Shown here: one piece after another, positions 37,950 to 48,619 of the stretch
Layout of the letters: each line of letters starts with the position of its first letter
Position numbering within the stretch: the stretch's first letter is position 1
Origin: Carcharhinus longimanus
Taxonomy: Eukaryota
DNA: 54,860 nucleotides
NCBI GenBank assembly: GCA_030264375.1
Contig: JASCQW010000128.1
Span: 17,330,463-17,385,322, forward strand
Direction of reading: 5' to 3'
The notes under the pieces: model-generated
Databases searched by the model: none
The model's input: only the letters and a program-made list of their open reading frames with translations
What the model was told of the DNA's origin: nothing
Translations under genes and position numbers: made by a program

Positions 37950-37982
37950 CTTCTTACACTGATCTGCATCCTTGCTTCTCAT
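37950..37982 (-). CDS. Putative short first coding exon (MRSKDADQCKK), phase 0, gene unidentified
   Basis: Minus strand gaaATG AGA AGC AAG GAT GCA GAT CAG TGT AAG AAG|gtaaga (donor 37944-37949), purine at -3, in unique sequence with an E-box and ARE upstream. Confidence 0.4.
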
Positions 37983-38015
37983 TTCAACTTCTGATTTCAC
38001 AAGAAAAATTCTGAT

Positions 38016-38043
38016 CACGTGCTTAAAAAAAATTGCTGACTCA
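38016..38043. promoter_or_regulatory. E-box CACGTG plus MARE/ARE TGCTGACTCA
   Basis: CACGTG at 38016-38021 and TGCTGACTCA at 38034-38043, 34-61 nt upstream of the 37982 ATG. Confidence 0.4.
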
Positions 38044-38514
38044 ATATTTTACCAAGTGAGCTCTGATGTGAAATTGCTAAAAATTTATGCACATTTAAAA
38101 ACAAGTTATAAACTTCAAATTCAAAACACAACGATGCAGGCTTCAGTCATCCAAAAAAATCACAGATTCGACTTGAGTTACGTCTCATTGCTGAAAAGAC
38201 AGTTAATCTGCTACCTACAATAAGATATAGTGAACAAATTCCACTTCTTGAAAATCTAACCCATGTCTCTCAAATCAGGCCATAGTAAGAGGAGGAATCA
38301 CCCTTCTGCTGAATTTCCATAACAATACAACTCATTCCTCTCAAACCCAGGTAATCACAGCACCAACAGGAACCTTAATGTAGGATTTTCAAGCTTAAAG
38401 GAGAGATGGATAACTAGAAAATGTCAATCGAAACGAGCGCATGATAAAGGATGCTGAGATGTTGGTAAATACCTAGAAAAGTCAGGCTATAAAATGTAAG
38501 CAAAGTTTAGCGTG

Positions 38515-39050
38515 ATTTTCATTCCCTTGAAACAAGGATGATGTCTGTCAAGTTTCAAAATTTGTGTCTTCTCAGATGACTCAACAGGCCAATCCTGCAG
38601 CCACAGATGTGGAGCAGATAGGACACGAATTGCCCTCCCAACAGGAAAAGAACAGTTTGGACCAGTATTCTTGTTTCCTGTTTTTATTGTCCTTTCCCTC
38701 TGTGCTTTTTTTCAAGCCACGGGTTTAGTTTCTTTTCTTCCACTTCTGTCACTTCTCTGAAGAGGAGTGGTCAGTTTCTGATTGCGTTGATGCTGCATGG
38801 ATGAGGTGCCAACCCATGGTATGGTTTGCGACAAGTTTCTCCCACACACTGAAGCTCTCTTTTCTATGAGGGTTTCAGAGTAAAAAAAGAATTTCTTTGG
38901 AAGCCAGTAACTTAGCATGCAGATTCAGTCCAACACCAGAAAGAAAGCAGTAGTAAGGGACATGGACTCCAGTGGTCAATAAATAAAGGAGGCTGTTATT
39001 TACCCAAGTTTTCCTGATTCTAAGTACGGTAACTGTTTTTATGCAGTAAT
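38515..39050 (-). mobile_element. RTE-clade LINE 3' end
   Basis: Minus strand WLPKKFFFYSE (RLPKxxLYxEL-like), WEKLVANH, and a C-terminal CPIC..ICGCRIGLLSHLRRHKF* finger, then catcatccttgtttcaagggg 3' end. Confidence 0.7.
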
Positions 39051-39089
39051 CTGGGAGAGAGAGAGAGAGGGGGGAGGGGGAGGAGATAC

Positions 39090-39730
39090 CAGGATACAGC
39101 CACAGTTGGCTCAGTGGTGCACAGCCAAGCTCACAGGATAACAGTCACAGAACTTACGGTGTGTCAGGATATCAGGATAACAAGTGAAAATTCCCCCTCG
39201 TGTACATTCATAGGTTTATCCCTATCAATGTAATAAATCATGTTACAGGATCAGTTGTGAGATGGAATTGCAAGGGATGCATTCAGTGTTGAATAAGGAT
39301 TAACAAAGAGCTGCAAAGTATGACTCTAAACAGGATGCTTGGTGAAATTCACCTCAGGATATCAGGATCTCACAGAATTTCCCCAATAAAGTGTAATAAT
39401 TCACCTAACAGGATCAATTCAGAGATGAAAATACAGGGATAAGGATAAATGAATGTTCTTGGACTACCAGGATACCAAGTGAAAATTCTTACATGCTCAA
39501 TCATTGAATTGTCCCTATCAATGTGATAAATTAAGTAACAGGATCAATTAAGAGTTGCAATTTCAGTAGTTACATTCAAGGATTAACAATGACTGCAGAA
39601 TATGACTCTAAACAGGATAATCAGTGAAATTCGTCTCATGGCTTAGTCACAGGATTGTCCCTTCCAACATGAAAAAGCACAATACAGGATCAACACGAGG
39701 AAAAAATTATAGGGGGTACATTCCAGGATT
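39090..39730. repeat. Degenerate tandem array (~150-bp units in a ~295-bp dimer) with 15 CAGGAT motifs
   Basis: caggataacaagtgaaaattc (39173) recurs as caggataccaagtgaaaattc (39468). ccctatcaatgt..taaat and tatgactctaaacaggat each recur at a ~280-295 bp offset. Confidence 0.85.
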
Positions 39731-39752
39731 AAATAGGAGCTAAGGATCGCAA

Positions 39753-40570
39753 TTACAAATCATTGCCTTTCAAAGAATCTAAAAAAGCCGAAGTCGGGTT
39801 GTCGAACATCCTAATAGACCCTTCAAGAGTGACCATCAGGAAAGCAGGACAGTGCAAGGCGTACTGATTTCCAAAAGCCTTCAAACGCTTTCTGGCCACA
39901 TTGAAACCTTTGCGTGAATCTGCACAGCTGTCGAGAAATCCTGGAAGGAGACTTTCGCTCCATCATAGAGCAAGGTACCTAGTAGCCTTCAAAACTCTCT
40001 GGCGGTTCCTGAAGCTATGAAAAAGCATGATAATAGGCCGTGGATGTTGATTGTCCCTAGGCCTCAAGGATAGGACATGATGCACCACTTCAAGCTTGAT
40101 CCACCCTGCCTTTGTATCAAGGTTATAAAAACATGGCAGATGCTTTCAAAACATTTAATTAGAGCCTGCCTTCAACTTCCTCTGGAAAACCCATCACATA
40201 GATATTCTTCCTCAGGCCCCAATTTTCCAGATCAATCAGGGGATTTGACATACTGTGCAGTTGACTCTCTATGGATTGCAACCAAACCTTGATGAAAGAA
40301 GAGGCACTTTCAGCATTAAGGATTCTATCTACTGCCTCACTGAGTCTCTTGTTGATATTCTGCAGTTCATCCAAGTGAGCATTAATGTCCTGTCAAAATA
40401 TCAAGTTTGTCATCTATAACTTTGATGTTGTTTGCAATCATCTCCTGCAATGTCTTTGTGAACAGTGGGCCCAGAGTTACTCCCCAACTAGGTCACCCAG
40501 GGCCCAGCTCTGTCCCAGGTGCCCCTAACTGCTCCTATTCATCGAGGACTTTCCTGACACTCCTTGGCAT
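39753..40570 (-). pseudogene. Disrupted L1 ORF1 (Transposase_22-like RNA-binding protein)
   Basis: ATG at 40568-40570 (MPRSVRK); coiled-coil ELQNINKRLSEAVDRILNAE; ends SAFLDSLKGNDL* at 39753. Internal stops and frameshifts. Confidence 0.75.
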
Positions 40571-40834
40571 TCTTCATCAATACTTTCCCCAAAATGTTCC
40601 AAGGACACAGCACAGAGTATACACTCCAGGACAAAGCAACTATGAGCCATGCATCAGGCTTAAAAAAAGGATTAAAACATGAGCAGCGTCAGAGCTTGTG
40701 GAAACAGGACTATTCCTGCACTTGCATCATGTGACCCCCCAAATGTGTATTTTTAAAGAGGTTGGCATTGTGGAATGAAAGCTGCAAATAGATTACAGCA
40801 AGTGGAACAACAGGTAAAATCCTGTGTATTTGCT

Positions 40835-41288
40835 ACAAGAAGACAGGAAGCTGGAAAAACTCAGCAGGTTTGCCAGTAACTATCAGGACAGAAACACAGT
40901 TTGAGTCATGGACCCTTCATCAGGACGGGAAGAGAGAATATGAGAGCAAACGAAACTGCAAAAACTATCAATTTTAAAAATAGTTGAGTGTGTAGGGGGA
41001 AGGGGGTGTTTTGCATTGAGACAATACATGAACAGAATATTAAAAAGAGAAGAAAGGGGAAGTTTGAGGTGGAGGAGAAAGGTCAAAACTAAATTTGCCA
41101 AACTTAATGTTGAGTCCTAAAGGCTGCGACATGCCCAGCTGGAAGATGAGATACTGCTCCTCCAGCTTGCGCTGGGCTTCACTGGAGCATTGCAGCAGGC
41201 CAAGGACCGACGTGTGGGCATGAACAAAAATAGCATGCAATGGGAATGTTGGGGTCAGATTTGCGAATGTGGGGGAAGGTATTCTGTA
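40835..41288 (-). mobile_element. Penelope-like element 3' part (GIY-YIG endonuclease C-terminus and terminal repeat)
   Basis: SVLGLLQCSSEAQRKLEEQYLIFQLGMSQPLGLNIKF; terminus with a hammerhead remnant at 40903-40923. Continues at 43036-43080. Confidence 0.8.
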
Positions 41289-41289
41289 T

Positions 41290-43032
41290 TACCAAAAGGA
41301 CAGACAGTGGACAGGCAATGGCAGGTATTTAAAGAATGAATAGGTGATCTCCAGAAGTTGTTTATTCCTGTTTGGCACAGTAGTGGTAAGGAAATTGTGG
41401 CCAAACCATAGCTTACAAGGGAAATCAAAGATAGTATCAGATTCAAGGAAGAAGCATACAAATTGGCAAGAGAAAGCAATAGGCCTGAGGATTGGGAGCA
41501 ATTTAAAATTCACAGGACCAACGGATTGATTAAGAAAGGAAGGGAACATAAAAACTGGTTGTAAAAGTTTCTATACGTAAAGAGAAAAAGATTGGCAAAA
41601 ACAAAAATAGGCCCCTTATAATCAGAAACNNNNNNNNNNNNNNNNNNNNNNNNNNNNNNNNNNNNNNNNNNNNNNNNNNNNNNNNNNNNNNNNNNNNNNN
41701 NNNNNNNNNNNNNNNNNNNNNNNNNNNNNACTGGGCATTTGGAAAGCAATGGTATCGGACAAAGTCAGCATTGATTTACAAAGAGGAAATAATGCTTGAT
41801 GAATCTACTGGAATTCCTTGAGGATGTAACTAGTAGAGTTGACTGAGGAGAGCTAGTGGATTTGGTTTAATTAGACTTTCAGAAAGCTTTCAACAAGATC
41901 TCATGTAACAGACTACTATGTCAAGTTAAAGCACATGGGATTGGAAGTAATGTCTTGAGATGAATTGAAAACTGGTTAGCAGGTAGGAAGCAAAGAGTTG
42001 GTACAGATGGGTCTTTTTCTGAGTGGCATTCAGTGAATAGCAGGGTTCCGCAGGGATCTGTGCTAGGATCCCAATTGTTCAAATTATATATTAATGATTT
42101 GGAAGAGGGAACTGAATGTATTATCTCCAAATTTGCAGATGATAAAGTTGGGTGGGAGGTGAGCTGAGGAAGATATAAAGAAGCTTCAGCGTGATTTGGA
42201 CAGGCTGAATGGGTGGGCATCTGCATGGCAGATACAGTATAATGTGGATAAATGTGAAGTTACCCACTTTGTTGCAATAATAGGAAGACAGATTATTACT
42301 AGAATGGGTGCAAATTGAGAGAGGTGGATACTCAGTGAGACCTTGGGGTCCTTTTGCATTGGTCACTGAAAGTAAGCACACAGGCAGTAAAGAAAGCAAA
42401 TGGTATGTTGGCCTTCATAGTGAGAGGATTTGAGCATAGGGATAGGATATCTTGCTGCAATTGTATAGGGCATTCATGAGGCCACGTGTAGAGTATTGTG
42501 TGCAGTTTTATTATTCTTATCTGAAGGATGTCTTTGCTATAGAGGGGTACAGCCTAGGTTTACCAGGCTGATTCCTAGGGTGGCAGGTCTGTCATATGAG
42601 GAGACACTAAGTCAGTTAGGATTATATTCACTAGAGTTGAGAAGAGTGAGAGAGGATCTCATAGAAACTTATAAAATTCTACCAGGGTTAGACTGGGTAT
42701 GTTCAGAAAGAATGTTCCCAAAGGTGGGGAGTCCAGAACTAGGAGTGATAGTTTGAGGATAAGGGGTAAACCTTTTAGGACTGAGATGAGGAAAAATTTC
42801 TTCAGTCAGAGGGTGGTGAATATGTGGAATTCACTACAGAGAATGTAGTTGAGCTCAAAACATTGTCTGATTTCAAGAAGAAATTAGATATAGCTCTTGG
42901 GGCTAAAGGGATCAAGGCATATGGGAGATGGACCAGGATACTGAATTCAAAGATCAGCCAGGATCAAAATGAATTGTGAAGCAGACTGGAAGGGCCAAAT
43001 GGCCTACTCCTGTTTCTACTTTCTATGTTTCA
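41290..43032 (+). mobile_element. 5'-truncated CR1/HER1-type LINE (RT and 3' tail) inserted into the Penelope element
   Basis: DFQKAFNK, SRVPQGSVLGSQLF, KFADDK, RFTRLIPRVAGLSYEE; tail ggcctactcctgtttctactttctatgtttc. Confidence 0.92.
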
Positions 43033-43035
43033 ACG

Positions 43036-43080
43036 TAATGAGGTCACCCAATCTGCATTTAGTCTCCCCTACGTAAAGGA
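43036..43080 (-). mobile_element. Remainder of the Penelope GIY-YIG domain
   Basis: Minus strand LYVGETKCRLGDLI joins TEYL at 41288 once the CR1 is removed. Confidence 0.7.
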
Positions 43081-43285
43081 AACGGCAATGGGAGCAATGT
43101 TCCTAAGTTTTAATTCGCAGTTATGTTTTAAATCAAAAATTATTCCTGAGCTTCACTAACATGGTTGGCATTTATTGTCCATTTGGAGGTCTTTGAGAAG
43201 ATGGTCACAGAGCTTCTTCGAGTCATACAGCAGGAAAAGAGGCCCTCTGGCCCATCATGTCATCTTTTTAAACCGCAGCAGTCAG

Positions 43286-44233
43286 TGTTGCCAAGTTCCG
43301 GTATATTATTCAGTGAATATTTTTATATTTTAAAACTGACTCCAAAAGTATGGCCATCAGATGATCACCTGGCTTTTTTCAGGTTTGAAATCACTCTCTT
43401 GTCTCAAGAGGGAACAAAAGGAACCATACTGACTTACGTATCAATACCCTTCCTAAAACTAATTCAAAGGGCAATTTCAAATTGAATGGGTCATTCAAAC
43501 ACAACGACACTGGCTGTCTCAAACTCTAAATGTGTCAAATGGCAACACGTGTAATGGATAATGGATGTGTAATCAGTATGCAACCCTTTTTTGTAAGAAA
43601 CTTTGAACTTGTACAATTCATATGATGAGAAGTGACATTATTGTTCAGAGAAACTGCTTGCAGAGATCCACCAAAAACTATTGAACCTGCTGCATGTCAT
43701 TTGAGCAGCCAAAGGAACAAACAGCAATATCCTGAATGTGGGAAAACGATCCCTCCAACCTATTCCAACTTTTGAGCTCACTAGAGAACCAACATCCTTG
43801 AAAACTGCATACATGAAACCTTGTAAATTACTGAGAATTGTCTCTTACAATTTTTTCACTTCAACTGAAGCACTAACTTCATCTAATAAACTACAGCCCC
43901 ACTATATAAGAAACTGAAATAATTATAAGCTACAACTGTAATGTTTTACCTTTGTGTGTATGATAATATGCATGAGATAATATGTCAGAGACACGTGGGA
44001 CAAATGCATTTTAAGCATTTGGGGAGAGACAGTGATAGATAATAAATAACTTCATTTTAAAATTCACACAAAGTTTGCTGCTAGCATTAATTAGAACATC
44101 ACTAAGGGTTAAATAAACGCATACACCTTACATACAAACATACTGATCACAGGTAGAAAAAAGGAACATATAAATCCTATACATGACAGTGTAAAGATGA
44201 AGAAGGAAGTATTAGGATGTTGCTATTGTGACA
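43286..44233. mobile_element. Solo LTR
   Basis: TGTTG...TGTGACA with flanks TCAG/ACAG; colinear with 44795-45843 (gtgtcaaatg.aacac, aacagcaatatc.tgaa, tactgatca). Confidence 0.6.
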
Positions 44234-44279
44234 ACAGCTGAATGGAAATACCCATGTAAGGATAGTGTGTGACAGAAAC

Positions 44280-44590
44280 AAACTTGAAGGTGGTGTAGTT
44301 CTCATGAACATGCTTTCCTTAACCTTCTGGATAGTGAAAGTCATGGGTTAAGAAGGTGCTGAGTAAGAATTCTTGTAAGAAGTCTCACAACACCAGGTTG
44401 AAGTCCAACAGGTTTATTTGGTACCACAAGCCATAAGCTTTCCTGGTGTTGAGACACTTCTTATTGTGCTTACCCCAGTCCAACACCGGCATCTCCACAT
44501 CATGGTTAAGAAGTCTTGGCCGGTTGATACGGTGCATTAAGTGAAAGGTATACAATGCAACCATGGCACATCACTGGCTGAGGAAATGGA
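44280..44590 (-). mobile_element. LINE fragment (23225 family) containing a small Penelope-type insert at 44375-44506
   Basis: Insert gtaagaagtctcacaacaccagg...cctggtgttgagacacttctt...ggcatctccacatca, flanked by TAAGAA(T/G)TCTT duplicates. Confidence 0.6.
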
Positions 44591-44794
44591 TATTCAAGGT
44601 TTCTGTAACAGAACCTTTCTAACTGTACTGCCAAACACCAGCAAACCATGAGTCTGCATGAATGACCCCCTACTGTTCAGCTTGTCAATGACCCAGAAAA
44701 AATGGTTGTTTCCACTCGCAATTTTTGTCATGGGGAATATCACCACTTTTGTGAAAGTTGCTTTGGCTTTCAGTAAGGTCAGCTTGCTTGTCAC

Positions 44795-45843
44795 TGTTGT
44801 GGTGTTCCAGTATATTGTGAGTTTTCAATCAATACTTTAGAAACTGGATTTGCAGGCTATTAAAATTGCTGCTGGAAATCATGTGACCATTGGCATTTGA
44901 TGGTCTTAAGTGGATACCTAATTAAATGTGGATATTCACAGTCATCTGGGGATTTCACACATCACTTTGCTTAAGGGTGGATCAACACAAAAGGACTATA
45001 GAATTCCAGCTAATTCCCGGACAAAAAGGAACATTGAAATTGAATATAAATACTGATGTGAATAGTTGCTATCAACTTTCCATTGTAATTAAGATAGTTT
45101 TCCTCATCAAAAATACACTGGGTGCATCTCAAGGTGTCAAATGATAACACAGAACATTTGGAATCAACATACACACCACCCTTTGTTTGGAAAAATGAGT
45201 TTAAAAGTGTGGGAGTCACATGATGATGGAATGATTTGTTGTCTGCTTGTAAAGCCAGCAAGAAGCTGTTTGCCAACAGAGTTCCACCTGAAGCAATTCA
45301 GTTGGCTGCAAGGTAACAGCAATATCTTGAAAATGGGAGTGCCTACCTAGAAATAAGGACTCTTCAACCTGTTCCAGTTACATTTCACCGGAGAAACAGC
45401 TTCGTTGAGATTTGACTACAAGAAATCTCAGCCTGTTAATAACGCTTTGCTTTACAAGTTCTTCACTTCAACCTTAAAGCTTCAAACCTAACTAAGTATC
45501 GGCCTGCCAGGAAAGAGATGGAGATCATTAGAAGTTGTAACAGTATATTACCTTCATCTGTATCTAATCTTTTTGTGCATGAGAAAATGCATGAAATGAG
45601 TAAAATGTTATGTTAAATTCAGGGTAATGATGTGATAATAAATAACCTTTATTTTAAGCACACAGAAAGCTTAATTGGGACACCTACCCAGAGTACGAAA
45701 ACACACGCCTCTTGCATACGAAAATACTGATCAAGGGTAGTAACAAGAAGCCCATAAATTCTATCCATTGCACAGTGATGCTGAAGACAGGGTCACCATT
45801 GGATACAAGATGTGAGAAAGTTAATGCAGAATGTGGTGTAACA
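44795..45843. mobile_element. Solo LTR, related to 43286-44233
   Basis: TGTTG...TGTAACA with flanks TCAC/TCAT. Confidence 0.62.
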
Positions 45844-46129
45844 TCATGATTTCTCTCCACTGATATCAGTGGAGAGAAAAGGATTTGTACAAGTCAGCGA
45901 GCTAGTTCTAAACATTTTTAAAAATTGGATAAACATAGCTGAGTTATTTCAGTCGCTGTCATCTGGTGTCCTCTGTACTGTTTAACAAAATAATTGCAAG
46001 CTGCAATCCATACTGTCATTAATTATTTCCCAATTGGAGTGAGTGATTTCCAGGGCTAGTGTGAAAATAGTTCTGAAAAAGCGAACAATATCCTTAAGTT
46101 GCTGATAAAAATAGCATTGGTCTAAATGT

Positions 46130-46394
46130 ATTCATTTATGGAATGTGCGAGTCACTGGCTGGGCCAGCATTTATTGCTCATCTCTAATTGCCCTTGAATT
46201 GAACTGAGTGGTTTACTGGGCCACTTCAGAAGGCATAAAGGAGTCATCCTCATTGCTGTGGATATGGAGGCCAGGCCAGGTGAGGATAGCAGATTTCCTT
46301 CCCTAAAGGACATTTGTGAACCAGACGGGTTTTTATGACAATTGACAATGATTCTACAGTCGTTAAACTTTAATTCTAGATTTTTATTGAATTA
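46130..46394 (-). mobile_element. tRNA-derived SINE (same family as 53305-53660), cut by a gap
   Basis: gggccagcatttattgctcatctctaattgcccttgaa; agatttccttccctaaaggacatt. Confidence 0.8.
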
Positions 46395-46734
46395 NNNNNN
46401 NNNNNNNNNNNNNNNNNNNNNNNNNNNNNNNNNNNNNNNNNNNNNNNNNNNNNNNNNNNNNNNNNNNNNNNNNNNNNNNNNNNNNNNNNNNNNNNNNNNN
46501 NNNNNNNNNNNNNNNNNNNNNNNNNNNNNNNNNNNNNNNNNNNNNNNNNNNNNNNNNNAAAAACCTTCAGGTTTAAAGTTAAAAACAGAGAAGGATGGGA
46601 GAATCCTTGCAAGTTCCATGTTACAAGTTACAAGTGGGAGGTCCATGAAAAAGAGTAACACAGAGAAAATAATAGAAAGAGAAAAGAATGAGAGAGTAGT
46701 GGATATGAAGAACAGGAGAGAAATGAATAAGTTA

Positions 46735-47190
46735 AACAGGAGATTGCCTGGCATGGAGGGCATTAGCTATTAGTAGAGATTGGAAAAACTTGGTTTATTC
46801 TCATTGGAATGATGGAGGTTTGGGGGTGACCTGATACGAGTCTATAAAATTATGAGGAGCATGAACAGAGTGGATAGTCAGCAGCTTTTTCCCAGGGTAT
46901 GAGAGTCAATTACTAGGGACCATAGGTTTAAGGTGTGAGGGGCAAGATTTAAAGGAGATGTATGAGGCAAGTTTCTTTTAACACAAAGGGTGCTGAGTGC
47001 CTGGAACTCGCTGCCAGGGAAGGTAGCAGAAGCAGATACGATAGTGATTTTAAGGGGCGTCTTGACAAATACAATGAAAGGATAGGAATAGTGAGATATG
47101 GTCCCCAGAAGGGTAGGGGGTTTTAATTCAGTCGGGCAGCATGGTTGGTGCAGGCTTGAAGGGCCTATGTTGTAATTTTCTTTGTTCTGG
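46735..47190 (+). mobile_element. CR1 3' fragment
   Basis: RLPGMEGISY...ggggtgacctgatacgag...gaagggcctatgttgtaattttctttgttct. Confidence 0.85.
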
Positions 47191-48059
47191 AGATACATTA
47201 TGACTGTTAGGTATTCTCCCTACTCCATGTGATAAGCACAGGCTGCCACTTTTAACCACATTTATATCTTTTGACGTGAGGCAATGCCTCAGGTGTTGTG
47301 TTTGAAGTTAAAAGTCTTAAACCAAACATTTTTTACAGTTGACAATGCTTGCATTTATAGCAGTGACAAGATGTTTTATCATTGTTGACATGCTCTTTGG
47401 CTAAAATCATTAATGTACTATGTAATTACATAATAACTGAATATTAAAAAGCAGTATTGTTTTTTTTCTTCATTCTAATCATTTTGCGAGAATCTGTACA
47501 ATTTACCAGCAAGGGATGGGATGCTTAAATACTTCATAGGTGAAAGTGCTATGTGGTTGTTTCTCATTAAATCAATGTATTAAAAAGTAAAATGAAAATC
47601 AGTTATCCACTTTATAACATTAAATATTAAAACTTTACACATTATTAAAACTGTTATTCACAAAGATTTTAGTAATTTTATGTCCCCATCAAATTCAACA
47701 TTTTTTATTCATATAAATTGTAACTTGTTACTCAGTATGGCTCACAATATCCTCTTGAGCTTTTCCCTCCTCTATTCTTTCAGATTGTAAATCTTTCTGG
47801 AGCAGTGCTTGCTGCTATTGTGTGTTAGGGCAGTCCATTGTGGGTTTGGTTTCATTAAAGGGAAAGGAGGGACTTTTCAACTGATTCATTGGTTGTAAAT
47901 AAATAATTTCTCTTGGCACTAAAGCTTTGATAAGAAAAGATCTTGATCTCTTGAAGCACCAAACTGGATTGTAATAATTCCAGGAAAGAAAGCAAGAAAA
48001 ACAGTTAAACAAGTATCAGTTGATTGTGTTGATGCTCATAGCTTAATTGTCTCACATGA

Positions 48060-48420
48060 ATGGGAGGAATAGACCATAGGGCCCTTCATGCCTGCTCTGC
48101 CATTCGATAAGTTCACAGCTGAACTTTTGTCACAAGTCTACTTCCCACCCATTCCCCAAATCCCTTTAGTCCTTGAGATACCAAAAATCTGTTTCTCAGT
48201 CATAAAAATATTCATCGACAACCCTCTAAAAAAGACTCACAACCCACTGAGTGAAGTAATTTTTCTTCATCTCAGTCCTAAATGATCGATCCCTTATCCT
48301 GAGACTGCTTTCCCGTGTTCTAGATTCCTTCGCCAGCAGAAACAACTTCTTGGTATCTATTCTGATAAGCCTTTTCAGAATCTTGTATGCTCCAATGAGA
48401 TCACTTTTCACTCTTCTCAA
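48060..48420 (-). mobile_element. CR1 3' fragment
   Basis: RRVKSDLIGAYKILKRL...ESRTRESSLRIRDRSFRTEMKKNYFTQ. Confidence 0.85.
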
Positions 48421-48619
48421 CTCTAAATACCTAGGAGTTCATCTGATTTTTTAATCAATTTCTCAACCTGCCCTACTGTCTTCACCTTGGAAACATGAAC
48501 CTCCCTCCAGATCTCTCTGTTCCTGCACCACCTTTACAATTGGTTGTTTTAAATTATATTGCTGAATTAGTCATAAAATAAAATCCAAAACTCTTTATTT
48601 GAAGGGGCAAAGAATTTGC

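Larger units (their letters stand above)
39055..40740 (-). mobile_element. L1-clade element: 5'UTR, ORF1 and downstream spacer, no ORF2
   Basis: 5' end GGGGGGTCACATGATG at ~40740; ORF1 motifs DLENWGLRKNIYVMGFPEEVEG, PRPIIMLFH, YALHCPAFLMVTLEG...FDNP. Confidence 0.8.

Noticed and set aside
39090-39730. CRISPR-like interpretation of the repeat array
   Set aside because: The constant motif is only 6 nt, spacing is irregular (8-85 nt), the spacers are related to each other, there are no cas genes, and the context is a vertebrate genome.
47760-47900. Strong plus-strand acceptor ttttccctcctctattctttcag
   Set aside because: All three frames stop within ~35 codons and no matching upstream plus-strand exon was found.
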